Source: Podarcis liolepis (taxonomy: Eukaryota). From it: a stretch of DNA of 64,000 nt. Location of the stretch: assembly GCA_965112155.1 (NCBI GenBank), contig OZ218098.1; one strand, given 5' to 3'. The notes under the pieces are model-generated. The model saw only the letters and a list, made by a program, of their open reading frames with translations. It did not search any database and was not told where the DNA came from. Below are positions 1-10,701 of this stretch, piece after piece (positions within the stretch are counted from its first letter, which is position 1; the number at the start of each line of letters is the position of its first letter). Both the position numbers and the translations under genes were made by a program.

Positions 1-431
1 AGCCAAAAGCCTTACTTTAAAAAAAAGAAGAAGAAAAAAAGAATTCACTCAATTTAAAATTGCACTGAAATCCTAGGTTAATGGAAAGGCGAAATCTGTT
101 GCTTTATCTGGTCACGAAAGCCTTCCATCAGAAGTAATGCCACTTAATACCTCTTAGATTTTGCAGTGTGTTTCATCTCGAAGATGAAACAAAGCTGAAT
201 GGGAAAACTGTTGGTGGGGCTGTAGATCCCTCTGTTGTAGCGAACATTTATCTCTCTCTGTTCAATCCTTTGGGAGCCAGACAGGGTGCCTGTGCTTCAT
301 AGACGAGGAGCGCCTGTGAGAACGCTGCCCTCAAGGCAGGGCTGCTGGGACTTGCCTACAGATATATCACACAAGGGTTTGTGTGTAACTGATGAGCATG
401 TGACAATATACTGCCTCTTTACTGCTTCTAG

Positions 432-606
432 GCGCCTTCATCTGATTTTTGGAAGGAACTGTGCCTCGCCCTGCCACGAAAAGTGTCCTATCAAGGCCTC
501 AGGGGAGACCCCCAGACCAGTTTCCAGGAAGACAAGGACCCTATGCTGATCCTCAACAGCAATTACTTGGATTTCCGGGGGGATTCGCACCCTGAAGGAG
601 ACTCTG
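432..606 (+). CDS. SIGIRR: SIGIRR (IL-1R8) penultimate coding exon, end of TIR domain and start of C-terminal tail
   Basis: ttctag|GCG...TCT G|gtaac. Translates [58 protein letters not shown](G), matching recalled human [26 protein letters not shown]...[17 protein letters not shown]. 175 nt, phase 0 to 1. Earlier exons lie left of the window. Confidence 0.95.
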
Positions 607-1405
607 GTAACAGCACTGTTTAATCTTCACTCTGTCACCATAGCATGCCAACAGGAGAACACACAGTTGCTCTTGATCCTGCTCTGTGGTTTTTTGTTTT
701 TTTGAGTGTTAGTCCACAGTTAGCCAGAAAGATTCTCAAGTGAGGCTCACAATTAAGTTTGAAAGAAAAAACCCCATTAAAAAATCACTTGATAGAAGAA
801 CACTGCACTTGCTAAAATTAGCAAAAGTATAGCCCAGCAGCTTTATTAATCAGTCAGCCAGGTGCCTTTCTACACACTGCCATGAGCTAACTGTGTGCTT
901 CCTGCCTGTATTATTACAGCTATTTTAGTATGGTATGCCAAAACCCTATGTACACTTACTTTAATGTAAGTTCCATTGAACTCAATCCTTTAGAGTGGAT
1001 ATATGTAGGATCAGGCCTCACTTTTGATTAGAAAAGCTAAGGCTAGTCAGATGATAACCGCCCCCCCTCCCCGAATTAAAGATGCTTTGGAATATGTGAT
1101 CAAATTGTGCTATGTATTCTCATCTTAGTTTCACCTCTAGGAAATAGGTTTCTTCTTTATTTCAGAATTATCAAAACCTGTTCAGCCAAAGGTGACAGTG
1201 GAGACCAATGGAAGTGAAGCCTCTGCACCCACTTTCAGATTCCTTAAAATTTATTTTCTCCACTTTAAGCCTGTGTAGTGTAGTCAGATCACAAGCAGTA
1301 GTATTTATTTAAGGCCTTTATATACCATCTGACTTGGCAGAATGTGTCTACTTTGGTTGATCACCAGGCTTGGTCACCATTGTATGCTGTGTCTGTGGCT
1401 TCCAA

Positions 1406-1617
1406 NNNNNNNNNNNNNNNNNNNNNNNNNNNNNNNNNNNNNNNNNNNNNNNNNNNNNNNNNNNNNNNNNNNNNNNNNNNNNNNNNNNNNNNNNNNNNNN
1501 NNNNNNNNNNNNNNNNNNNNNNNNNNNNNNNNNNNNNNNNNNNNNNNNNNNNNNNNNNNNNNNNNNNNNNNNNNNNNNNNNNNNNNNNNNNNNNNNNNNN
1601 NNNNNNNNNNNNNNNNN
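1406..1617. other. Assembly gap (212 N) in the last SIGIRR intron
   Basis: Run of N. ORFs crossing it are artefacts. Confidence 1.
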
Positions 1618-2591
1618 ACACCTAATTAGCTGATCCTTCATCAGTTAAACAACCATTGCCTCAATCCAAATGAAATGATCTTCCCTGTCATGCAGCAGTC
1701 CACGCATACATACTGTGGCACATTTTGTAGCAGAAGAATTAATTCATCTGTTTTTCCCATTCACTGCTAACATTGGATAGGGAGCAGGGCAACATGTTTT
1801 CATAGAGAACATGTTATTTTGGCTATGAATCCATTTGTGTGTTTGTAGAGGAAGAAAGGAAATAATAGTGTCGTTATCACTACATGCTTCCTTAGAGTAG
1901 CAATACCAAGGAGCGGAAATTTACGTAATTTACCACCTCCATCTATCATTTACGTGCAAACATACCCAAGAGTTCATAAAAGAAATGGGTTTTATATCCA
2001 CCAAAGGGCAGTTTTCCATTCTCGGAGCCTGAGACTACAGAGAGCTTGGTGGTTTAGTCCTGACATCCTTTTTCCTAGGCCTTTGGGACTATGGCTGTAC
2101 AATGGATCAATGAGTAGGAAGCGCACCTGAGGCATCGGTTCCAGAGGTTGTGAAGAACAAGCTCTGGCCCTAGGGATTTGTTAACACAGGCTGAGCACTT
2201 GCAAAGCAATACATTTTAATTTTAGTAACAGGAGCAAAATAAGTTCAGTGGTCATAAAAGATTTACGAGCGACTGGCAAGAGCAAGCCCAGCTCGCTTGT
2301 ACACGGTGATTTTATTGTCAAGAGAAGAACAGAGAAAATAATGGGTTTGGCTGGGCTTTTCTTTTAGTTGAGACAGCAGCGTTGGGCTTATTTTGCTGAG
2401 GGTGTTGCGTTCACCGTCATTAATAGGCCTTGTTTCTTGTGTGGCGCGGCTGTGCACCTTGTTGGAAGCTTTCCTCATTAGTCTAGTTGCTCCATACAAC
2501 AGCATGCCAGGATGCTTGAGGCTCCTCAATCTCTCGCTTGCAAAGGGAATTGTTGCTTGGAAGACATTTCATTCTCACTAGGAGCGCCTGA

Positions 2592-2596
<5 letters not shown>

Positions 2597-2640
<44 letters not shown>
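2597..2640. repeat. (CA)n microsatellite
   Basis: About 22 perfect AC units. Confidence 0.98.
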
Positions 2641-2642
<2 letters not shown>

Positions 2643-3314
2643 CTGCTTGAGAGAAAGTGATGTACATTAAATGTATTTCATGAGGCTTACAAAGGTGTTA
2701 CCGGTTTCTCTTCCCAGCTCCCCTCCTGAGGTCATTGAAATGCTGCCTGTTAGTGCTAAGGGAAAGAGCAGCTTCTCTCAGACCCTGGGGATTGGCGAAA
2801 GGCGGGACTGAAGCCTCCTCCAGATTCCCTAGGTGTTGAAATATTCAGGCCCCTTACTCTTGTCTGACATGTCAAGGCATGCTCTAAAATAAAACATTTA
2901 AATTAAGTTTAAAACTGCCAACTGACTCCCAAGCTGCATGAGATGCAGGAGGTCTATAATTAGATCTCCTGACATTTCTGCTTTTAGTTAAAAGTAGCCA
3001 GAGGCTCCAGCTTTGATTAGAGCAGTGACCCTGAGCCTCAGGCCTGAGGAAAAAAATTTTGAACTCTATTTCCCTGTGCCATTACCCCAATCTGTACTGT
3101 CTCCTAGTTATAGATCTCCTGCATCTCACACAACTTGATACTTAAATTGGTTTAATAGTTCTTCCTTCTCTCCGGCTAGCCTTAGCAACTAGTTCTTTGA
3201 GGAAGGATAGCAATCTCACTGAAGTACTATTCGCAGAAATGTTGGTGGGAAGCAATGATACTTAAACGGGTGTTTAAATGAGCTTGAACTGTATATATGT
3301 CCTCCTTGTAAATA

Positions 3315-3540
3315 CAGTGGTACTTCGGGTTAAGTACTTAATTCCTTTCGGAGGTCCGTTCTTAACCTGAAACTGTTCTTAACCTGAAGCACCACTTTAG
3401 CTAATGGGGTCTCCTGCTGCTGCTGCGCCTCCGGAGCACGATTTCTGTTCTCAGCCTGAAGCAAAGTTCTTAACCCGAGGTAATATTTCTGGGTTAACGG
3501 AGTCTGTAACCTGAAGTGTCTGTAACCCGAGGTACCACTG
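3315..3540 (+). mobile_element. Tc1/mariner (pogo/Tigger-like) MITE, copy 1
   Basis: TIRs CAGTGGTAC(T/C)TCGGGTTA...TAACCCGAGGTACCACTG with TA on both sides. 226 bp; three more copies in the window. Strand is relative to the other copies. Confidence 0.9.
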
Positions 3541-3654
3541 TACTTGCAGAAAGTGTAGTGGCACCAGTCATTTTAAAGCACTGCAACTTGTCTCATTCTG
3601 TCTTGCCATCCCTTCCTCTCTGCTAACTGCTACCTTCTCCTTCCCATCCTACAG

Positions 3655-3848
3655 GTGGCAGGGGGTCCATTTTCAAAGGCGCACCGCCTCCTCCCATTAG
3701 TGGCCCTGATGGTCCTCCACTTGGTGCTTTGGAAGAAATACAGCTTGGGGAAAACCAAAGGAGTGAGATTGACATCTCTGATTTGGGATCTCGGAACTAT
3801 GGAGCAAGGACAGATTTCTACTGCCTGGTGACAGAGGATGATATCTAA
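3655..3848 (+). CDS. SIGIRR: SIGIRR last coding exon
   Basis: Polypyrimidine tract plus tacag|GT. Translates [64 protein letters not shown], matching the recalled human C-terminus [28 protein letters not shown]. Phase 1 joins the 432-606 exon. Confidence 0.96.
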
Positions 3849-3944
3849 GAGATGCTGGAATTTTCCTTGGTGAAACTGATTATCATGATGTGCCTTGACA
3901 ATGACAATCGGCTTGGGTAGTTTCTCTGATCTGTAACAACCAAA

Positions 3945-4360
3945 TTGAGTGCTGTAGGGCTCTCTCCTGGGCCCCACACTCTTCATAATATTAATCAATT
4001 ACTTGGCAGAAGGGGTGGAGGGGAATCCTTAGCACATCTATGGAGGACATGGAAATGGGAGGGATCACTAACATCTCAGAAGACAGGAATAAAATTCAAC
4101 ATGATCTCAGTGGGTTGGAAACTAGGCTGATTAACACATGAAGTTCAACAGAGACCAATGCAAAATTCAAATGCACAGGTTTGGTTGGTGGGAATACCTA
4201 GGTTGGCATGGCAATAGTATACGTGAGAAGGATTTTAGCATTGTGTTTGATCACAAGCTTGACTATGTATGAGTCAGTGGTGTTAGATGACTGCAAAAAC
4301 AGACTAATAAGATTTTTTTGCAGCATTACTAGAACCATGGTTTCCAAGTCACCAGAAGTG
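3945..4360 (+). mobile_element. Degenerate CR1 LINE ORF2 (RT) fragment
   Basis: Decayed CR1 motifs: GSLLGPTLF..INxL, GGITNISEDRNKIQHDL, MKFNRDxCK, EKDxxIVFDHKL. Boundaries approximate. Confidence 0.75.
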
Positions 4361-7107
4361 GAACTGTGGCAGTGGACCCGGTTACCTAGAGGGCAGGTGG
4401 TTTCCTGCTCTGGAAGTCTACATGAAGAGGCTGGACCTGAATTGATATAGTCCACAATATGGGTATCTAACCTGAGTTCATGTGGGCCCCCACCTAACTT
4501 TGTCTCATCCCCCAACACCTCAGCACTTTGGTGGCAGCAACAAGAAGAAACAAAATCAAAATTGACAGTGTTTGAACGCGACCAGCTGCATACCTGTGCA
4601 TGCAGTGCATGTGCATACCTGCAGGAGTTAAGGTTAGTCAAGAGTAAATGCAGCCTTTGGGCCCAAAATTTTAGCCACTCCTTCTCTACAGTATCCCTTC
4701 CAACTCTTTGGTTTTATATCACTTCAGCACTGTAATTGTTGGGGGGGGGAGTTCTGTTAATCCTGAAATGTGCAAGACTTTGTTAGTGCCTTATACTTTG
4801 ATTATCTTTAGTTTGTATAACTACTCAGGATCAAGGGAAGTTGTTAGGAACGAATGACCCTATTGTATGTTCTTGGGTGAAGATCTTGCACTAGGTCACT
4901 ATGCTGAGATCCCAACGTCTGTCAGACTCCTTTGTTTTTGCTAACATCTCTGGATAGCCCTTGCTATTTCAGAAATGGGCACTGATGACTGGCCAACATT
5001 AAGGTAATAGAACAAAGGAAAATAACAGCAATTTGGCCTGGCACTGCTGAGACCCTGTTGTGGCTGGAAACGTATCAGTCAAAAGCAGTGTAATGGAAGC
5101 AATGTCTTGGACAAAACAGATTAGATTAGCCATTTGGTTTCCGAATGAAAATCACATTGACAGCTGCAGCCCTTGGGTAAGTAGCACTTTCTAAGAGCTT
5201 TACAGCCTGATCCTAGCCACATTTACTTGGAAAATTTGCTTTAAGTTAGTTACGGTAGTTTGTGAGTACAGCCTTAGCAATACATTGTTGCCACTAAGTG
5301 CAGATCAATGCCTAGGATGGAAAGAGAAGGGCTATAATGTTGATGGAACATCTGCCTGAACTTCAAGAAAAGCATAGCTTTTGGGGGAGGCAGGATTTGA
5401 AAAGTAATGACACTGAAAGTTCAGAATGAAAAGGTCAAGTTTTACTTACGTTCCAGCTAACATATTGTCACAGCAAGTCTTAGAAAAGGTTGGCACATGG
5501 TCCTTTGTCCTCTGCTTCTTTGTTTTCTTCTGGCAAAGCTCTGAGTAAGTCGCCCACCAAAAGGCCTAATTGCAATAATGGCACCTCAAAAAGTGTTTCT
5601 TAGGCTGTATTTAGCTACTAATGTTGTTTGCTGCCTAAACAGTTCACTGGGCAGGTGTTCTTGCTTTAAAAAAGATTGTATGCACACCAGAAAGCTAAAT
5701 AAATAAATAAATATTTTAAGCTAGCTGTTTTGTGGCATAAGTAGTCACTGGGCTGTCAACTTCAGCCTCTAGAAAGCCGATGTCTTCAAGTTAACTGGCA
5801 TCTAAAGGGTTAAGCCCTGACTTGGGAAAAACTGGAGCTTCTGCATATCAGGGTTGAGTTGTGTCAGGACTAAATGGGCACTACTAACTTGGTCCAGCAG
5901 CTAAAAACAATGAAAATGGAATTGACATTCTCATGGTCTTTATACGCACCAAAATTTCTTCCCAACCATGAACACTAGCACTGTCTAGTCCATTGGTGCT
6001 TAATCTTGAGGCCAAACTGGAAATATCACTTTATCTGGATACAATTCCTCTGAATGTGCTAATGACTGTTGCCCCTCGCTTTCCTCCAGCCACAAAGAGG
6101 TCTAGTTTAGTGAACGTCTGCATGGGGACTCCTCTTGCTTCCAGTTCAGCTCTTTAGGTCACAGTGAAAGTGGTAGTTGTGTCCTGAGAAAAGAAATACA
6201 ATGCACCATAAGGCTGCTGATAACACTTTGTTTGCACGGCTCCTAGGTTACACAGATGAACAGGACTGCCCCGCATAGGTTGAAGGCTCATAAGCATTAT
6301 CTACTGAAGGCATTAGATGTATTCATGAACGTGTTTGGTCACGGAAGAAAGGCATACGCACTAGTCATATTTAATGGGATAGTAACTAGGAGACAGGAGG
6401 CAGCCTTATTCCTTTCAAAATCATTAGCTAGCAGGAGAGGAAACCTCTTCAGTTACACTCTAATCAGCATACGTCTGAAATACTGCTTTCATTTTTAAGG
6501 GCTTTTCTGAGGTTAGTTTTTTAAAGGTTTTTTCATTTTGCTATATTTGTGCTAGTCCCAATTTAGTGCCAGAAGCATGATATTTTGTTTGCATGCAAAA
6601 AAATAAAATAAAATGGTATTTTTGAGGGCTGGGGATTTTGGTGTACGTTGCCTAATAATAATAATAATGCATTAGATAAGTTAATGCTGTTAAAAGCATT
6701 AGTTACCAATGTGAAAGCTGGCAAAGAGGCGGCACTATTTCATAGTGTTTTTATAGTTATAAGTTGACAACAAAGCAAGTGTCAAAAGAATTTGAAGAGC
6801 ATTTTACTAAGAACATTTTAAAAATCTAAAACTTAAATACATAAGAAGCAGGAAACCAGCCAATGAGGCAGTTGTATCTGTAGACAACTATGGAGTGGTA
6901 AGATTGCTAAAGAGGGGGAGAGAGAAATTGTAGAAAAGTATAATCCTTTGCATTGAACTAAACTACTTTTTTAGTTCATGCGGCGTAAGGTATGAGGGCT
7001 AAAATTAACAATCCCTCATATACAGTTGAAATGCGCCCAAGATGCATTAAATAATAAAAATATGCAATCTGTCACTATAACTGGGCTAACTAAAGGATAG
7101 CCAGTCC

Positions 7108-7109
<2 letters not shown>

Positions 7110-7155
<46 letters not shown>
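7110..7155. repeat. (GT)n microsatellite
   Basis: About 23 GT units. Confidence 0.98.
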
Positions 7156-7157
<2 letters not shown>

Positions 7158-7189
7158 GGAAGCCCTTTTAAAAGATATCTTCCAGTAAA

Positions 7190-7385
7190 ATCATGAAAAG
7201 GATGTTAAATAGAGAATTGTTACAGCTACTGAAGACAAGCCTTTTTGAGGAATAGTCAACATGGTTTCTGAATGCAAAAAAGTCCTGTATCATAAGTCTT
7301 TTGTAGTTCTTTGAGCATGCCAGCTGCCATTTTCTATGTGGATACAGGTAATCCTCTGGGCATTTTCAGTTTTTCAAGGTGTTAC
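7190..7385 (+). mobile_element. Degenerate CR1 LINE RT fragment
   Basis: Decayed LRNSQHGF..KKSC..xLLxFFE..VDxGxP motif typical of CR1 RT. Confidence 0.65.
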
Positions 7386-7589
7386 ATATTCTCTCCATGA
7401 TAGATATTCATTACAGTTGTGCCTTCCCTCAAAGAATCCTGGGAATTGTATTTTGACGATGGTGTTGAGGATTCTGTTCTAGAGCCTTTCTCCAGTTCAT
7501 GGAATCACAGTTCCCAGAGTTCTCCGGAGACAGAATGGTAAGCCCGTGTGGTAAACTCAAAGTATACATGCCACTGACACATGTAGAAT

Positions 7590-7642
7590 ATAGCATAACA
7601 AGAAAAAGTAACAGCAATAAATGGTCAAAGCCTTTATTTATT
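7590..7642 (-). terminator. Probable PKP3 polyadenylation site
   Basis: Overlapping AATAAA hexamers on the minus strand (7633-7642) followed by a U/GU-rich element (gctgttactttttcttgttatgc). First canonical AATAAA found downstream of the PKP3 stop; implies a 3'UTR of about 3 kb. Confidence 0.55.
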
Positions 7643-10600
7643 TAGCAACATCAGTGAGTCTGCTCAGAATTAGAGAGCATGCACTGAGCATGCTCAAAAG
7701 TGTGCAAAAGATTGTCAGATTCAGAGGAAGACCAGGTTCTTAATAGTTGTACAGGAAACAGAATTTTTGCAGGTGCAACATGTATGTCATACAGGGGTGA
7801 GAAACGCTGTACTGGATGGAATTCCTTTTATACTGCACCACTAAGGCTGATCACCTGATGGGTCAGTAAGCTGTCTTGCCAGTTGTGGTATATTTTTCTT
7901 TAGCAGAAGCACTGAAGAAGACCTAGTCCTTTCACCCACATGTTCTTTGATGTAGCATTTAACATGCCTATCTTTCAGTGCTTCAGGTTCTCATAAAACA
8001 AACAAAAATATTTCAATATTATATATTTCTATTTCAGAAGTTAGAGAAGAGCCTAAGAGCTCATTTAGTTCCTAAGAGATAATCCGAGGGTATAGTTATT
8101 ACTTGCCATGTTCATTACAATTTAAACTTTAACCAGGTGTATTTTACCTGGGCCAAATGGGCCAAAGGCTGTGGCCATCTTCACAAAATGACTTGTCTTC
8201 CCACTTTTCTCCTTGTGTTCATGGCTAAGGTTTTCAATCCTGCATCCAGGCTTCTCATTTGACAAACAAAATAGGGATGATTGTGCCTCTTTGTGGAGAG
8301 CAGAGGCAGGTCTTTGGCGAACAACATTAGTAGAAGCAGCAGACTGGCAAATTAGCAAGTTTTAATTACCTGCTTAACTTGCTGAGCTATGTGCATTTGT
8401 TGATACTTTTGGCTCCTCCCCTCTCCCATACAGTTGTTAAGAGATAACAGCTCTACTTCTATGCTTGAGTGTACGTGTTCCAAAGGGATAGTTCTACAAT
8501 AACATCCATCCTTACTTGGAAATTAGGGGAGCTGTTTCCTCAATGTTTATATACAGATGATCACCTCTGAAAATAGGAAGAGTGTCAGATGTTGGAGGAA
8601 CTGATGAGTGGTGCATCATTATGCACCGTGCAAAGGTAGCTATTTTACTAAAACAAAATGCCAGCTGCTTAATTCACTTTCTTAAGGTGACTTCAGCTTT
8701 TCAGTTGCACAGTTGTGATTTCCAAGGAAGCATACATAATGCTGTCAAAGTTAATGAATTGTTAAAAGCAGCAATTTTACAAGATAATAGCCTATCCACT
8801 ATACTGAGTAAAAACAAAAGCATTTATACAGTATGTACAGGAGAAACTTATTCCCTCTTATTGCCCCTCGAGTCCATCTTGGCATCCTGTTGTGGCTGAG
8901 CAGAGTCTGGTCTCATATCTATGCCGGGTACAAATTTTAACAATTACAGCAAGAACGTCAGAGAGATGATGCTGGGGTAGTTACTTTCCTCCCAAATACT
9001 GAAATCAGCTGCCATTCCAACAGCAGCTTGTCTCTTAAAGTAAATGAACATGGCTAAATTAGGCCAAGTATTTTAATAGGTCTACTCTTGAGTAAAAATT
9101 AGTTGAATACCACCCATAGTATTTGCATGACTTACTTTGATAATGACAGCTATCGAGAGCTGCTGCTGGTTTATGTGAAAGGTAGTGCAGTTAACAGCAC
9201 AACTACTCCAATAAGAGAAACCTTCTCAATCAATGGCTTTCAGTTAGGCAGTGAAAAAAAGCCTGTCAGATTGGTGGACATAGCATGTAGTGGGACTAGT
9301 ACTAGATCCTACAGCCTCCAGCTTCCCCATTGGCCTAAACAGGTACCAGATGACAGCCATAACCGATGTTTGTCTGCCATCACAGCCTCTGTAGTAACTT
9401 CCCCTTTAGCCAACATTCTGATAGGACATTCCAGTAATCTGCCATTTGACTGCAGGAAGGATGTACCCCTGAGTGAAAGCTACTGTGAATTAGTTGTTAT
9501 GTAACCTGCTTCATATAGAATACTGGCACACAAAAGACAGCTTAATTTTACTAAAACTTTAATCCGGTCATCTTGTGCCTTAACATAGTCTATCCCAGCC
9601 ATTGTTGGCTCATTTGACAGGGTCCTGGCACTTTAAATCAAGGCTGTTGGTTTTACCCTATAATCAAATACAGTTCAGTGGGCCAGTACCTGGCACTTTA
9701 TAGCCACCAAGGCATTCCTGCCAGCATAGAGCCAAAGTAACATTTTGCACAAACCACAGCAAAGCTGGCCAGAGACCAGCCCAAGGAACTCTTTTCCCCC
9801 AGCAGGTTCTAAGCCAGCCAGCACCCTTTTTGCATAATCCCACCCACCTCTTACTTTACCAGCGCTATCACCCAAACAGAAACAGTACACATATACAGTG
9901 TGTGTAGCTTCAGAAAATCCTGTCTTCAGGATTCCTGCTATTGACCATACAAACTAATTAAAATGAAAGGATCCGCCACCCAATTCCACCATAAAACTAT
10001 ATGCCAAAGCATTCTTGCCCTACTTTTTGGCCAGTGCTAACTTTAAACATTGCATTTATCCCTCAAAATTCCATTAACAGGTTCAATACCACCAGAAACA
10101 AGTGGTTTTCTGGTGTCATATGTGTAGAGCTTATAGTTCTCATTAAAATTGATCCATGCCACTTTAAAAGTGAAAAGGAAGCCCATCATTTTAGGGGTTC
10201 AGAGAAGATGGTGGGGAGTGACCTACAAACAGCAAGACTTTTAGGAGGGGGAAGGAAGGCCCCTCAGCATCCTTCCCAAGACTGGAGGTCCTGCTATGAC
10301 ATGAGTGTTTGTGAATTTCAAATAATGATGGGGGATCCAAGGGCATCCAGTACAAGATGTGAAGGAGAAGGAGAGTCCTGAGAATTTGCCTGGATGCTGA
10401 CTCACGTCTTTACAGTTAAGATTTGTTTTTATGGAGATAAGATGGCCAGCAGAAGATGATGAGTTTCCAGCAGGCTTGAAAAAGAAACACTAATGAATAA
10501 TTAAAAAATAAGGCACACCAGCCAAATTGGCCTGAGATCTATAAAAAGGAAGGAAGCTGCAGAGGGCAAGCTTCATGCAGCGACGCCACAGTCCATGATG

Positions 10601-10665
10601 GTGATTCACGTACAAATTTCATGAAGAGTTAGGGCTGGACAGTCCATTTCTGCATTCCCTTTTCT

Positions 10666-10701
10666 TTACAGGCCAACAAAGTCTTCTTTTCGATAGCCCT
10701 T
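10666..10701 (-). CDS. PKP3: PKP3 exon 13 (last coding)
   Basis: ttttacag|AAG...TAA; KGYRKEDFVGL* (human KGYRKEDFLGP*). Confidence 0.95.
   Translation of the reverse strand, partial: KGYRKEDFVGL

Noticed and set aside
1342-1641. ORFs with long X runs
   Set aside because: Artefacts of the N gap.
5040-5080. ctgctga-gacc...ggctg-gaaacgta hammerhead-like string
   Set aside because: Core A6 is mutated and stem II pairs poorly; could be chance or a heavily decayed copy.
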